Part shown: positions 13,966-23,151 of the stretch, in pieces
Numbering within the stretch: position 1 is the first letter of the stretch
Layout of the letters: the number at the start of each line of letters is the position of its first letter
Assembly (NCBI RefSeq): GCF_029504745.1
Contig: NZ_JAQFIQ010000026.1
Location: forward strand, 1 to 32,000
Source of the DNA: Breznakia sp. PF5-3
GTDB lineage: Bacteria > Bacillota_I > Bacilli_A > Erysipelotrichales > Erysipelotrichaceae
DNA: 32,000 bases
Direction: 5' to 3'
Notes under the pieces: generated by a model
The model's input: the letters and a program-made list of their open reading frames with translations, nothing else
Databases searched by the model: none
What the model was told of the DNA's origin: nothing
Program-made: the position numbers and the translations under genes

Positions 13966-15533
13966 TAATCGCTTTGTAACTCACGACCATTCATCATGTT
14001 TTTACACAACAATATGATAATGAAAGAAATCACAAAATTTAAAACCAAAGACGAATATGACAAAATTTGTAAGACAAACATATCATAATAGCCAAAATGG
14101 AAAATCAACAAGAAAGTTAATCCTATTCCTGGAGCTGCACAAAGCAAGATAATTAACATTCTCATTAGGTTCACAAAGACTGCATTACTACGACTACGTA
14201 AAATTTTAATTGATAAAACAGTCGCACTGATAAATACCATAGAATATCCTAGCAGCATCACCAAATATTGGAAAATTTCTGTTATCTCCATTGAAAAGTA
14301 TAATCCTGATGCAATAATAGCAATACAGATAATAATTGACACTCTTAGTAACATTGGTAAAATCAAGGCAATCAATTTTGCCAATGGATTTGCTGGGATA
14401 AGATATACTTGGTAATTTTTCAATTCTTTTGATAAAGATGAATTTTGAAGACTAGTAAATAACCAAATAACCAACATATAGCAAAACATTGGAAATCCCA
14501 AGTCTGTAAACAAGGTAATTACAAAGTAAAAGATTAAAATAAAAATATCTTGTTTACTAATAAACGCTCCTGATTTTCGCATCTGTAACATTTCTTTTGA
14601 GAATAATGCCCATGCACCTTTACGAAAAGTTCCTCTTACATTTTTCACTTTACGAGTATCCATTGTTTTATCTTGTTTACCTGCACGAACCTCTTTTACA
14701 TAATCGGTAAGTTCTTGTGCATCCTCTAATGCTTGTTCTTTATAATCACCTTTAAAGCGAGTAAAAATTGCATACAAGATAGCAATTGCTAATAGCAGCA
14801 ACCCAAATCCTAATCCTACAAATAGGTATTGTTGTTCAATATAAGAAATCAAGATCATTTTTACCCATCCAAAGATTGGTACAAAATAAAATAAGTTTGA
14901 TTCTGCAAATGACATTAATCCATTTTGAACATCAAATTGATTCTGTGCTAAATTAATGATAAAAACCAACAGGATAATACCAATAAAAACACCTGCAATT
15001 ATATAAGAACTCTTTTTATATTTTTCATTTGTTATACTCAACAAATACAAGTAATCTGAAAAAACAAAGAAAAAGAAATACATTAAGAAATTTCCAATCC
15101 AAGTTAAAAATAAAAACATGATACTATAATCTAAATCTGTAACGAAAAATAACATCATAGCCAATGATAATAATGACATAAGTATTGATTGCATAATGGT
15201 TTGTGACATTAGATATCGCATAATCTGTTTATCAGAAAAAGGCCCACTAAACAAATAGAATGCATCATCTGCATAAAACAAAGCTTTTCGCTTTTGAAAC
15301 AGAGTTGATAAAATGATAATCCCACTAAATCCAATGCTTATCAAAACCGCTGTGTGTAAATCTTTCATCGTCATGGTATTGATTGGTAATTTCGGTCCAA
15401 TTAGTACCATCAATAATAACCCGCCATAGATTGCTACCATCACAAGAGTAGCAATTGTACTACTTGGTTTACGAAATAAATTACGAATGGTTCCCCATTG
15501 TTTATGGAACCATAATTTTTGTAAAGCATTCAT
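13965..15533 (-). CDS. Polytopic membrane protein, putative ABC-exporter permease partner
   Basis: 522 aa and highly hydrophobic (at least 10 predicted TM segments), with one central hydrophilic loop ('KEQALEDAQELTDYVKEVRAGKQDK'). A 3-nt gap separates it from the upstream ABC ATPase gene. Confidence 0.7.
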   Translation of the reverse strand: MNALQKLWFHKQWGTIRNLFRKPSSTIATLVMVAIYGGLLLMVLIGPKLPINTMTMKDLHTAVLISIGFSGIIILSTLFQKRKALFYADDAFYLFSGPFSDKQIMRYLMSQTIMQSILMSLLSLAMMLFFVTDLDYSIMFLFLTWIGNFLMYFFFFVFSDYLYLLSITNEKYKKSSYIIAGVFIGIILLVFIINLAQNQFDVQNGLMSFAESNLFYFVPIFGWVKMILISYIEQQYLFVGLGFGLLLLAIAILYAIFTRFKGDYKEQALEDAQELTDYVKEVRAGKQDKTMDTRKVKNVRGTFRKGAWALFSKEMLQMRKSGAFISKQDIFILIFYFVITLFTDLGFPMFCYMLVIWLFTSLQNSSLSKELKNYQVYLIPANPLAKLIALILPMLLRVSIIICIAIIASGLYFSMEITEIFQYLVMLLGYSMVFISATVLSIKILRSRSNAVFVNLMRMLIILLCAAPGIGLTFLLIFHFGYYDMFVLQILSYSSLVLNFVISFIIILLCKNMMNGRELQSD

Positions 15534-15536
15534 GAC

Positions 15537-16235
15537 TTATTCCCCCTCTACATCAGTATAAGCAAAGAATAAATCTTTTAATTTTTCTTCTTTAAGTTCC
15601 TCGCGTTTAACATACTTAGCGATTACTCCTTTATTCATAATATACGCTTCATCCCATATCTCATCGATAACATCAATAATGTGCGTACTAATTAAGATTG
15701 CACAACCTTCCACTTTTAACTTTAAAAATAATTGTAGTGTTTCTTCAATACTTGCAGGATCCAATCCTACCATCGGTTCATCCACCAACAATGCTTTTGG
15801 TTCAATAATAAGAGCTAACATCATACTTAATTTTTGACGCATCCCCTTACTTAATTCTTTCGCCATTTTCTTACGCTTATCTTCCAAATCAAAAAGCGTA
15901 ATATATTTATCTGCAAGTTCTTTATAATTTTCTACTTGATATGCACTACCAATAAAATCAATATGCTCTTCAACACTTAACAGTTCATAAAGAACTGGTG
16001 TATCTGGAATATATCCAAAACATTTTTTTGCGTCTAATGAACTATTTTCATGTCCACAAATATTAATTTCCCCTTCATACTTTAAAAGATTCGCAATACT
16101 CTTGATGGTAGTCGATTTTCCAGCACCATTTGGTCCCAAAAGAATCGTAATTTTCCCTGGTTCTGCTTTTAGAGAAATATTGTCTACCGCTGTAAAAGAT
16201 CCATATGCTTTTGTTAGATTTGCTACTTCAATCAT
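15537..16235 (-). CDS. ABC transporter ATP-binding protein
   Basis: 232 aa. Walker A 'GPNGAGKST', signature 'LSKGMRQKL', Walker B 'ALLVDEP'. Confidence 0.9.
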   Translation of the reverse strand: MIEVANLTKAYGSFTAVDNISLKAEPGKITILLGPNGAGKSTTIKSIANLLKYEGEINICGHENSSLDAKKCFGYIPDTPVLYELLSVEEHIDFIGSAYQVENYKELADKYITLFDLEDKRKKMAKELSKGMRQKLSMMLALIIEPKALLVDEPMVGLDPASIEETLQLFLKLKVEGCAILISTHIIDVIDEIWDEAYIMNKGVIAKYVKREELKEEKLKDLFFAYTDVEGE

Positions 16236-16261
16236 GTATTTTCCCCCTTAATATAGTCCCC

Positions 16262-16269
16262 ATTATACA
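16262..16269 (-). promoter_or_regulatory. Extended -10 (TGTATAAT) upstream of the ABC pair
   Basis: The minus strand reads TGTATAAT 27 nt upstream of the ATG at 16235. Confidence 0.4.
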
Positions 16270-16313
16270 TGATAGAATTTATATATTCTAGAGTATATAT
16301 ATAAATTTATATA

Positions 16314-16341
16314 CAAAAAGAATAGGATTATCTCCTATTCT
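16314..16341 (-). terminator. Rho-independent terminator after the 66-aa ORF
   Basis: Perfect 10-bp stem 16317-16326/16332-16341 with a 5-nt loop, then a U5 tract. The stem includes the last codons and the stop. Confidence 0.7.
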
Positions 16342-16528
16342 TTTCAAACGCTTTTAATTCCTCTTCACTAATATACGTACTCATATCATGTTCATAAATA
16401 AGAATTTCAATTTGATCAATATCTAACTTTTTCAATTCTTCATATGAAAATCGATTATCTACTTTTAAGATTCTAGAAATCAAAATTTCTTGATATGCGA
16501 TTATTCGTTCATCTTTTTTCTCACTCAT
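16328..16528 (-). CDS. Small acidic hypothetical protein (66 aa)
   Basis: The ATG lies 2 nt after the SDR stop (translational coupling), and the ORF has its own terminator. I recognised no motif. Confidence 0.5.
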   Translation of the reverse strand: MSEKKDERIIAYQEILISRILKVDNRFSYEELKKLDIDQIEILIYEHDMSTYISEEELKAFEKNRR

Positions 16529-16530
16529 AA

Positions 16531-17550
16531 TTACTCAGCCTTCATATCCAACACTTCTTTGTCTGGATGCTTCATAATATCCATACATACATCTACCGAA
16601 TCTTGAATTGCTTTATGGATGTCATCCTCTTTTACACCCAATTGATCTTCTATAATCTTCTTATCAATAAATGTATTTGTAGTCATCAATTTCACATATT
16701 CAACCATATCTAATCCCAATTCTTTATTTTCCTTATCCATTTGTGCTTTCATTTGCTTCATGTTTTCCAAATAAGGTTCCGTAGGGATTGTTACAACAGT
16801 TTTAGGATCATTCATATCCGCAGAGAACTCTTCTAACCATTGTTTCCAAGTCATATTATACCAACCTACTGGATATGCTTTCGCACCTTTATTATTCTCT
16901 AAAGCACCTGCAATCGCTTCACCTACTTGACGGATCGTTACCATTGTTGTTCCACCAGTTGGATAATATAGTTCTTTAGTTGGTGTATTCTTAATCATTT
17001 CCGCAATAAATAACCAAACTGGTTTTCTACCTTTTTGAGCACCAAATATATATGGTAATTCTAATACAGCAACATCCATCACACCATCATCTGCATAAGC
17101 AAATGCAGCATTCTCTTGATCAATTCTAGAACGTATATAAGGATGATGCTTTGTTAGTTCTAAATCTTTCCATTCCTTTGCAAAATAAGAAAAATAAGAT
17201 CCCAATACAACCGTATGTTTTATACCTACTGCTTTTGCTATATCCAATAATCTTGTCAATGCATCAATATTATATTTTTTAAACAAATCATAAATAGGTG
17301 GCTTCGCTTCGACACGTTCATCCACACCTGCCGCAAAAACAAAACCATCACAGTCTTTCATGATATTTTTTAATTCCGCATCTGACATTTGTAAATAATT
17401 TCCAAACTTTACTTCCATTCCATCAGGTAAATTCAAATCATCTTGTAGTGGTGGCAAAGCCAAAGATACAACTTTATGTCCTTGTTTTACAAGTTCCTTT
17501 GCCCCTTCCAATCCTAATAATCCAGTTCCTCCAATCATAAAAACTTTCAT
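16531..17550 (-). CDS. NAD(P)-binding SDR-superfamily protein (epimerase/dehydratase-like)
   Basis: 339 aa. The N-terminal Rossmann motif is 'MKVFMIGGTGLLGLEGAKELVKQGHKV'. An AAAGGAGG SD lies upstream. Confidence 0.8.
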   Translation of the reverse strand: MKVFMIGGTGLLGLEGAKELVKQGHKVVSLALPPLQDDLNLPDGMEVKFGNYLQMSDAELKNIMKDCDGFVFAAGVDERVEAKPPIYDLFKKYNIDALTRLLDIAKAVGIKHTVVLGSYFSYFAKEWKDLELTKHHPYIRSRIDQENAAFAYADDGVMDVAVLELPYIFGAQKGRKPVWLFIAEMIKNTPTKELYYPTGGTTMVTIRQVGEAIAGALENNKGAKAYPVGWYNMTWKQWLEEFSADMNDPKTVVTIPTEPYLENMKQMKAQMDKENKELGLDMVEYVKLMTTNTFIDKKIIEDQLGVKEDDIHKAIQDSVDVCMDIMKHPDKEVLDMKAE

Positions 17551-17660
17551 ATAAATACCTCCTTTTACTATACGTTAATCATACCCCTTTTAAAATATTT
17601 CAACAACTCATTTACCTAATAAGAAAATGGCTTCTTTTAGTAATCTTTCCTAAATGATAT

Positions 17661-17690
17661 AAAAAAAGCTTAAATAATAATCTAAGCTTT
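17661..17690 (-). terminator. Rho-independent terminator after the small lipoprotein gene
   Basis: 8-bp stem AAAGCTTA/TAAGCTTT with a 10-nt loop, then a U4-U7 tract. It overlaps the stop codon. Confidence 0.65.
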
Positions 17691-18141
17691 ATTTGCAAGT
17701 ATAGCCACTACTTTCAATTGATTCTTTCATCGTTTTGAAACTAATGTATTGCTTTTTGTCATCATCTTTTTTTAGATCATCTTCAGTGAGAAAGTTATTC
17801 TTGATAAGTTCATCAAAATCAGCTTTTTCATAATCTAAAGTTGTCGTTTCACTTAACTTTCCATCTTTTACTTTATAAGTATATGTATAACCTTTTATTT
17901 CAGCTAATGATTCTGCAAATTCTTTAGCCAATTTTTCTGTTTCTTCATCACTCATTCCATAAGTACTAAGATCTGTTTCCTGTGTTGCGGTAATACTTTT
18001 TAGTACATCATCATCATACTTTAATTCGACTTTATTATTACTATCTTTCATTGTACAAGTAAGTGTTTTTCCACTACTCCCGCTACAACCAACTAATGAC
18101 ACAAATAAAATACTTGCCATCAATACTTTTAACTTATTCAT
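17689..18141 (-). CDS. Small lipoprotein (YehR/DUF1307-like)
   Basis: I chose the start at 18141 (GGAGG SD 5 nt upstream), giving 150 aa. The signal peptide has the lipobox 'LVGCSGS'. Confidence 0.7.
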   Translation of the reverse strand: MNKLKVLMASILFVSLVGCSGSSGKTLTCTMKDSNNKVELKYDDDVLKSITATQETDLSTYGMSDEETEKLAKEFAESLAEIKGYTYTYKVKDGKLSETTTLDYEKADFDELIKNNFLTEDDLKKDDDKKQYISFKTMKESIESSGYTCK

Positions 18142-18295
18142 AGGAACCTCCTTTTCTAATCTTATCCTTGAAAACACAATTAGTCAACTGAACATTGTGT
18201 GAATAAAGCGTTCGTTATACTTTACTTATTATTCAATTTACGGTATTATATTATAAGTTATATAAAGCTAACTTTATGTGCAAGGAGGTATCTAT

Positions 18296-19039
18296 ATGAA
18301 ACTTGTATTAATTCGCCATGGAGAAAGTGTATGGAATAAAGAAAACTTATTTACTGGTTGGACGGATGTTGATTTGTCTGATACTGGAAAAGAAGAAGCG
18401 AAAACTGCTGGAAAGCTATTAAAAGAAGATAACTATGATTTTGATGTTTGTTATACTTCTTATTTAAAAAGAGCAATCCACACACAGAATTATGTATTAG
18501 AAGCGCTAGATCGTGAATGGCTTCCCGTTTATAAAAGTTGGAAATTAAACGAACGTCACTATGGAGCCTTACAAGGTTTAAATAAGGCTGAAACTGCTGA
18601 AAAGTACGGAGATGAGCAAGTCAAAATCTGGCGTCGTTCATTTGATGTACAACCCCCAAGTTTAAGTAAAGATGACAAGCGTAATCCCCAATTATTAGAA
18701 CAATATCGTTACGAAGATAAAAATCAATTACCTTTAGCTGAAAGTTTAAAAGATACGATAGCTAGAGTTATTCCTTATTATGAGGAAGAAATTGTAGCAC
18801 AGATGAAAGCAGGTAAGCGAGTATTGATTACTGCTCATGGAAACTCACTACGAGCTTTGGTAAAATATCTAGATAATTTAAGTGACGATGAAATCGTTGG
18901 TGTAAACATTCCTACTGGTGTTCCTTTAGTATATGAATTTGATAATAATTTTAATGTTATTAATAAGTACTACCTAGGAAATCAAAGTGAGATTGAAAAG
19001 AAAATGCAAAGTGTTGCAAATCAAGGGAAAGCAAAATAA
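18296..19039 (+). CDS. gpmA: 2,3-bisphosphoglycerate-dependent phosphoglycerate mutase
   Basis: 247 aa from ATG 18296 (AAGGAGG SD upstream). '[18 protein letters not shown]', 'ERHYGALQG' and 'HGNSLRAL' are canonical dPGM motifs. Confidence 0.92.
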   Translation: MKLVLIRHGESVWNKENLFTGWTDVDLSDTGKEEAKTAGKLLKEDNYDFDVCYTSYLKRAIHTQNYVLEALDREWLPVYKSWKLNERHYGALQGLNKAETAEKYGDEQVKIWRRSFDVQPPSLSKDDKRNPQLLEQYRYEDKNQLPLAESLKDTIARVIPYYEEEIVAQMKAGKRVLITAHGNSLRALVKYLDNLSDDEIVGVNIPTGVPLVYEFDNNFNVINKYYLGNQSEIEKKMQSVANQGKAK

Positions 19040-19040
19040 A

Positions 19041-19062
19041 AACAGGCATTGCCTGTTTTTTT
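19041..19062. terminator. Bidirectional terminator (gpmA / convergent membrane-protein gene)
   Basis: AACAGGC/GCCTGTT stem with T7 on the plus strand and TTTTTATTTT on the minus strand. Confidence 0.8.
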
Positions 19063-19348
19063 AGTATCCTACTGGAGCTATATTAAATGGATCTCCTAGT
19101 GGTGTGATTCCAAACGCTGGAAGAGAAAATATCAAAACTACGATAAGTACACTAAGCAACGCTAACCAAGTTACTGCTCTTGTTACTATGTGCTTCTTTC
19201 TTTCACTCTCTGATAAATTACGAGTGATTAATTTTGCAATTGGCTCTCCAACTGTAAAAATGATTCCCGCTGCTAAAAATGGCGCACCTAACACAATAAT
19301 CCATCCACCAACTTCTGCTGGAACACGTATTCTCGCTAAATAATTCAT
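19061..19348 (-). CDS. Small membrane protein (2 TM), hypothetical
   Basis: 95 aa with two long hydrophobic segments separated by 'RNLSESERKKH'. An AAGGAGG SD lies upstream. Confidence 0.5.
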   Translation of the reverse strand: MNYLARIRVPAEVGGWIIVLGAPFLAAGIIFTVGEPIAKLITRNLSESERKKHIVTRAVTWLALLSVLIVVLIFSLPAFGITPLGDPFNIAPVGY

Positions 19349-19405
19349 ACTACCTCCTTATTTTGTCTACTATACTAGACGTTTTTTATTCCTAAAAAGT
19401 TTCAA

Positions 19406-19837
19406 TTATTTTAAAGGTTTTTTTCGTAAAGCAAGAATTTTTAATACTTCATCTACTTCTCGCTTATCTTTCATCGTATATTGAATCCATCCACCATGTT
19501 CTCCACATGGATATTTATCATCCCATAAAACTCTTGTTTTAGGAAGATAACTATCCAAATCCTTTTCAAAGATAACAGCTTCCTTACTTCCAATTTGGAG
19601 CATTGCTGTAATATCATTCTCTTCAAAAAATACATATGTTAGATGCTTTGCTTTATGAGCGTACTTGTAGCCCCATCCATAGGCATTACCAAAAGGAAAT
19701 TTTAAATCTTTAATTAAATCATAACGTTGATTCAAATTATCTTCTAAATATTCAAGCAATGCATATTGCTTTCCAATTGTACTTTTAATTTCATCTAAAG
19801 TTGGTTCATGCTTTTTATCTAACATTCTTTTTCCCAT
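19406..19837 (-). CDS. DUF3788-like protein
   Basis: 143 aa. 'DKKHEPTLDEIKSTIG' and 'FGNAYGWGYKYAHKAKHLTYVFFE' fit my recollection of DUF3788. An AAGGAG SD lies 7 nt upstream. Confidence 0.6.
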   Translation of the reverse strand: MGKRMLDKKHEPTLDEIKSTIGKQYALLEYLEDNLNQRYDLIKDLKFPFGNAYGWGYKYAHKAKHLTYVFFEENDITAMLQIGSKEAVIFEKDLDSYLPKTRVLWDDKYPCGEHGGWIQYTMKDKREVDEVLKILALRKKPLK

Positions 19838-19942
19838 AATGTTTCTCCTTTACTATTTTTATTATATCGGATAATTTTTATTTCTCAAAAAATGTGATAA
19901 CAAAACCAAATTATGTGGAAGTAACAAATTAAGCCATTTTAC

Positions 19943-19971
19943 TTGAATATTCTAATGATTAATTGTATGAT
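19943..19971 (+). promoter_or_regulatory. Candidate promoter of the J-domain gene
   Basis: TTGAAT-N17-TATGAT with a TG at the extended -10 position, about 40 nt upstream of the ATG. No CIRCE element was seen. Confidence 0.45.
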
Positions 19972-20009
19972 ATGTTTCAATAAGATATTGTTGGATTGGA
20001 GGCAATATA

Positions 20010-20489
20010 ATGGCACAAAAAGATTATTATCAAATATTAGGTGTCTCTAAAACTGCAACTGCGGATGAAATAAAAAAAGCATATCGCAAATTAGCGATGA
20101 AGTATCATCCAGATGTTAGTAAAGAAGCTAATGCTGAGGCAAAAATAAAAGAAGTGAATGAGGCCTATGAAATTCTAGGTGATCCTGAAAAACGCAAGAG
20201 TTACGACCAATTTGGACAGGCAGGTCCTGAACAAATGCGTTATCGTCAACAATACCAACAAAGTGGACAAGGATCTTACCAACAATTTACAACCATGGAA
20301 GATTTATTTGAAGCTTTCTTTAGAGCTAATGCTCAACAACAACAGCAACGTCAACAATATCAAAACCAACAACAATACCAATATAACAATCGCCCACGAA
20401 GACGCAGTGGAGGCTTTATAGGATTTATCATTCAATTGCTTATTATGAGTTTTCTCTTCCGTATGTGGTTTTCCTTATTTGGATTATAA
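20010..20489 (+). CDS. J-domain protein with Q/N-rich segment and C-terminal transmembrane anchor
   Basis: 159 aa. Residues 1-70 are a canonical J-domain ('DYYQILGV', 'HPD', '[12 protein letters not shown]'). Residues 79-127 contain 19 Gln. Residues 135-159 ('[24 protein letters not shown]') are hydrophobic. There is no Zn-finger or DnaJ C-terminal domain. Confidence 0.85.
   Translation: MAQKDYYQILGVSKTATADEIKKAYRKLAMKYHPDVSKEANAEAKIKEVNEAYEILGDPEKRKSYDQFGQAGPEQMRYRQQYQQSGQGSYQQFTTMEDLFEAFFRANAQQQQQRQQYQNQQQYQYNNRPRRRSGGFIGFIIQLLIMSFLFRMWFSLFGL
20334..20390 (+). repeat. Imperfect CAA/CAG-rich tract encoding the poly-Q core
   Basis: caacaacaacagcaacgtcaacaatatcaaaaccaacaacaataccaatataacaat, read directly. 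Confidence 0.7.
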
Positions 20490-20513
20490 AAGAACGCTTA
20501 CGCGCTCTTTTTT
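20489..20513. terminator. Probable bidirectional terminator between convergent genes
   Basis: Imperfect stem (20489-20497/20502-20510, one mismatch) with a T6 tract on the plus strand and TTTTAT on the minus strand. Confidence 0.5.
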
Positions 20514-20805
20514 AATGCAATTTGTAAGATACATCTTGTGTGTAATCACTACAAATCTCCATTCTTTCTACTGCATTTTGTGAAAACTTAACAGCTTCCA
20601 TTAGTTGATTTTCTTGACTATTATTCATCATCAATAAATCATCTCGAAACTCCTCAAGTATTTGCTGACTCGCTTCCTTGTTCAATACAAACGATACCAA
20701 AAGGCGATTTTTATTATATTGAACACGTTTTTTAGGAATCGTTTCTTCCCAAGAAATAGCTGATAAATTAACACCCATTGCCAAAGCAAGATTATGTTTC
20801 ATCAT
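20512..20805 (-). CDS. Hypothetical 97-aa protein
   Basis: An AGGAAGTGA SD lies 3 nt upstream. The N-terminal 'LALAMGVNLSAISWEE' looks like only the recognition-helix half of an XRE-type HTH. No other motif was seen. Confidence 0.45.
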   Translation of the reverse strand: MMKHNLALAMGVNLSAISWEETIPKKRVQYNKNRLLVSFVLNKEASQQILEEFRDDLLMMNNSQENQLMEAVKFSQNAVERMEICSDYTQDVSYKLH

Positions 20806-20921
20806 CCGTCACTTCCTTTCAATTTTTACTAATACAAGAATCAAATTGAACTGATACAACTAACTATTCCCTCTATTATTATAGTAACATGAATCATACG
20901 ATTGTAAATTATATTGATTGA

Positions 20922-21956
20922 CTAATCTTTCAAAATATCCTCAATCAATTTTGATACATCTTCTTCTCTTGTCATCCAGCTTGTAACAAAGCGAACCACA
21001 ACTTTTTCACTTGATAATTCTTCCCATCTTATAAAAGCATATTCCTTTGAAAGTTCTTCCACTTTCTGTACAGGCAAAATTGGAAATAATTGATTGGTTG
21101 GTGAATCATATAAAAAATCATACCCTGCTTCTTGAAATGCTTGCTTTATCCGTTTTGCTTGTTTAATTGCATGTAATGAAATATCAAAGTATAAATTATT
21201 CTTAAACAATTGTAAAAACTGTATCCCTAAGATTCTTCCCTTAGCAAGCATCCCACCTCTTTGTTTGATATGATAGCGAAAGTCTTTTTTCAATTTCTCA
21301 TTACGAATAATAACCGCCTCTCCAAAAAGAGTACCAATCTTAGTTCCTCCAATATAATATACATCACACAACTCTGTAATATCAGCTAAAGTAAGATCAT
21401 TCTCTTCAGCAACAAGACCATACCCCAAACGAGCTCCATCTAAATATAGTGGTAGCCCATACTCTTTACATACCTCTTTAATTGATATAAGTTCTTGTTT
21501 TGAATAAATGGTTCCATGTTCTGTAGGATTTGAAATAAACACCATGCCTGGTTGTACTGTATGTTCTTTATTGACATCCTTATCATGTTGTTCACAAACC
21601 TTCTGTATTTGAGCTGCCGAAATCTTTCCATCACTACTATCCAATGTAATAATACGATGCCCACATGCTTCAATTGCCCCTGTTTCATGTGTATAGATAT
21701 GTCCTGAAACAGCTGCAATTACTCCTTGGTGGGGTTTTAGAATTGATGCAATCACAGTTAGATTTGTTTGCGTTCCTCCAACTAAAAAATGAACATCAAT
21801 TTCATCATTCTCACATGCTTTTTTAATATATTTCTTTGCTTCTTCACAATAAGGATCTAACCCATACCCTGGTGTTTGTTCAACATTGGTTTTTTCCAAC
21901 AACGCCAAAATTTCTGGATGAGCGCCTTCTGCATAATCACATTCAAAACGAATCAT
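20922..21956 (-). CDS. Threonine aldolase / beta-eliminating-lyase family PLP enzyme
   Basis: I chose the start at 21956 (TAGGAGG SD), giving 344 aa. 'FECDYAEGAHPEIL', 'VGGTQTNL' and the PLP-Lys context 'YIGGTKIG' are present. Confidence 0.75.
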   Translation of the reverse strand: MIRFECDYAEGAHPEILALLEKTNVEQTPGYGLDPYCEEAKKYIKKACENDEIDVHFLVGGTQTNLTVIASILKPHQGVIAAVSGHIYTHETGAIEACGHRIITLDSSDGKISAAQIQKVCEQHDKDVNKEHTVQPGMVFISNPTEHGTIYSKQELISIKEVCKEYGLPLYLDGARLGYGLVAEENDLTLADITELCDVYYIGGTKIGTLFGEAVIIRNEKLKKDFRYHIKQRGGMLAKGRILGIQFLQLFKNNLYFDISLHAIKQAKRIKQAFQEAGYDFLYDSPTNQLFPILPVQKVEELSKEYAFIRWEELSSEKVVVRFVTSWMTREEDVSKLIEDILKD

Positions 21957-22058
21957 ACTATTACCTCCTAACAATATATAACATTATAGTATCGTCTTTT
22001 TTTGAAACTCACAATATTAATTATTGAAAAAAATGATATCTAACTAGAAAGCTTAAAC

Positions 22059-22083
22059 AAAAAAAGAAACATTGCTGTTTCTT
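22059..22083 (-). terminator. Rho-independent terminator after the Gfo/Idh/MocA gene
   Basis: Perfect 8-bp stem AAGAAACA/TGTTTCTT with a 4-nt loop, then a U5+ tract. Confidence 0.75.
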
Positions 22084-22093
22084 TTTCAAATTG

Positions 22094-23074
22094 CTATTTA
22101 TCACAAGGGAATACAATCTTCGCTTCTTTACGACATTCGCTCAATACTTCATGAATTTCTTTGGATAATGTATGAGGAACACTTACTGATGATATCTCTC
22201 CCTTATTAACCTGTTCTATCATTTCTTTTATCTCATAATAAAAGTTTTCACTTGGTTTTTCACTAATAATCTTACTTTCTTTCTTTATGCGATCATATAA
22301 AATAACTTCTTGTGGTTGACTCGGTTGATCAATTGTAATCATACCTTGCTCTCCACATATCTCACAAAGATTTTTTGTATCAGATGCTTTTGAATAAGAT
22401 AATGTCGCAATAAAATCATCATATACAAAGATACTTGCTCCTGCTACATCAGCACCTGTATCTAATACTTCTGCTCTACTAATAATTTCTTTTGGTTTTC
22501 CAAACAAGGCGATACAATCAGCAATTACATATACGCCTAAATCCATAATCGCTCCATTTGCTAAATCACTGCGAAAGGTAGAAGGATTTTCGCCACGCAA
22601 ATATGCATCATAGCGAGATGAATATTTGGCAAACGTAAATGTAACTTGATGAATTTTTCCTATTTGGGAAATACTTTCTTTCACTTTCTTTAAGTTTGGA
22701 TTGTATAGTGGTATCAACCCTTCTTGCAAATATGTATTGTTTTTTGTAGCACATGCATACATTTCAGCTACTTCATCTTTATTACTTGCTAATGGTTTCT
22801 CACAAAAGGTTGGAATCTTACGATCCAAAAAATACATACTAATTTCCTTGTGCAACCCATTAGGAACTGCAATATAAACGGCATCAATCAAACCTGCTTC
22901 TGCCATTTCTTGATAAGAACCATAAGCATTGGGGATATCATATTTATCTGCAAAACGCTTTGCTATTTCTTGAGAAACATCCGCAACTCCGACAACTTCA
23001 CATGCATCAACAAGCTTCGCTCCATCCATAAAAAAATCTGATACAAAATTCGTTCCTACTATTCCAAATTTCAT
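22094..23074 (-). CDS. Gfo/Idh/MocA family oxidoreductase
   Basis: 326 aa. The N-terminal Rossmann motif is 'MKFGIVGTNFVS', and the 'FCEKPLA' motif is typical of the family. Confidence 0.85.
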   Translation of the reverse strand: MKFGIVGTNFVSDFFMDGAKLVDACEVVGVADVSQEIAKRFADKYDIPNAYGSYQEMAEAGLIDAVYIAVPNGLHKEISMYFLDRKIPTFCEKPLASNKDEVAEMYACATKNNTYLQEGLIPLYNPNLKKVKESISQIGKIHQVTFTFAKYSSRYDAYLRGENPSTFRSDLANGAIMDLGVYVIADCIALFGKPKEIISRAEVLDTGADVAGASIFVYDDFIATLSYSKASDTKNLCEICGEQGMITIDQPSQPQEVILYDRIKKESKIISEKPSENFYYEIKEMIEQVNKGEISSVSVPHTLSKEIHEVLSECRKEAKIVFPCDK

Positions 23075-23116
23075 GTTTTTCTCCTTTGCCTTTCCATATT
23101 ATCTATATTATATAAT

Positions 23117-23145
23117 AAAAGTTCTAGAAATAACTACTAGAACTT
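23117..23145 (-). terminator. Rho-independent terminator after the ABC-F gene
   Basis: Perfect 9-bp stem AAGTTCTAG/CTAGAACTT with a 9-nt loop, followed by UUUUAUUAU. Confidence 0.6.
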
Positions 23146-23151
23146 TTTCAT

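Noticed and set aside
16298-16313. 16-bp perfect palindrome TATATAAATTTATATA, plus AGAAT-N6-ATTCT, upstream of the ABC ATPase gene, as possible operators.
   Set aside because: This is pure A/T low-complexity sequence in an AT-rich intergenic region adjacent to a terminator U-tract. Palindromy is expected by chance and no cognate regulator is nearby.
16531-17550. The SDR appears to have 'YIRSR' where extended SDRs have the catalytic YxxSK/YxxxK, which suggests an inactive enzyme.
   Set aside because: I cannot place the catalytic motif reliably without an alignment, and other Tyr/Lys pairs ('SYFAK') are nearby. This is not supportable by eye.
20179-20421. 80-aa plus-strand ORF in another frame of the J-domain gene (Asn-rich).
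   Set aside because: It is a frame-shifted reading of the CAA-rich tract. The J-domain frame carries a complete, canonical domain and a proper SD.
21440-21718. 92-aa minus-strand ORF inside the threonine-aldolase-family gene.
   Set aside because: It is an alternative frame of a gene with clear PLP-enzyme motifs, and it has no SD.
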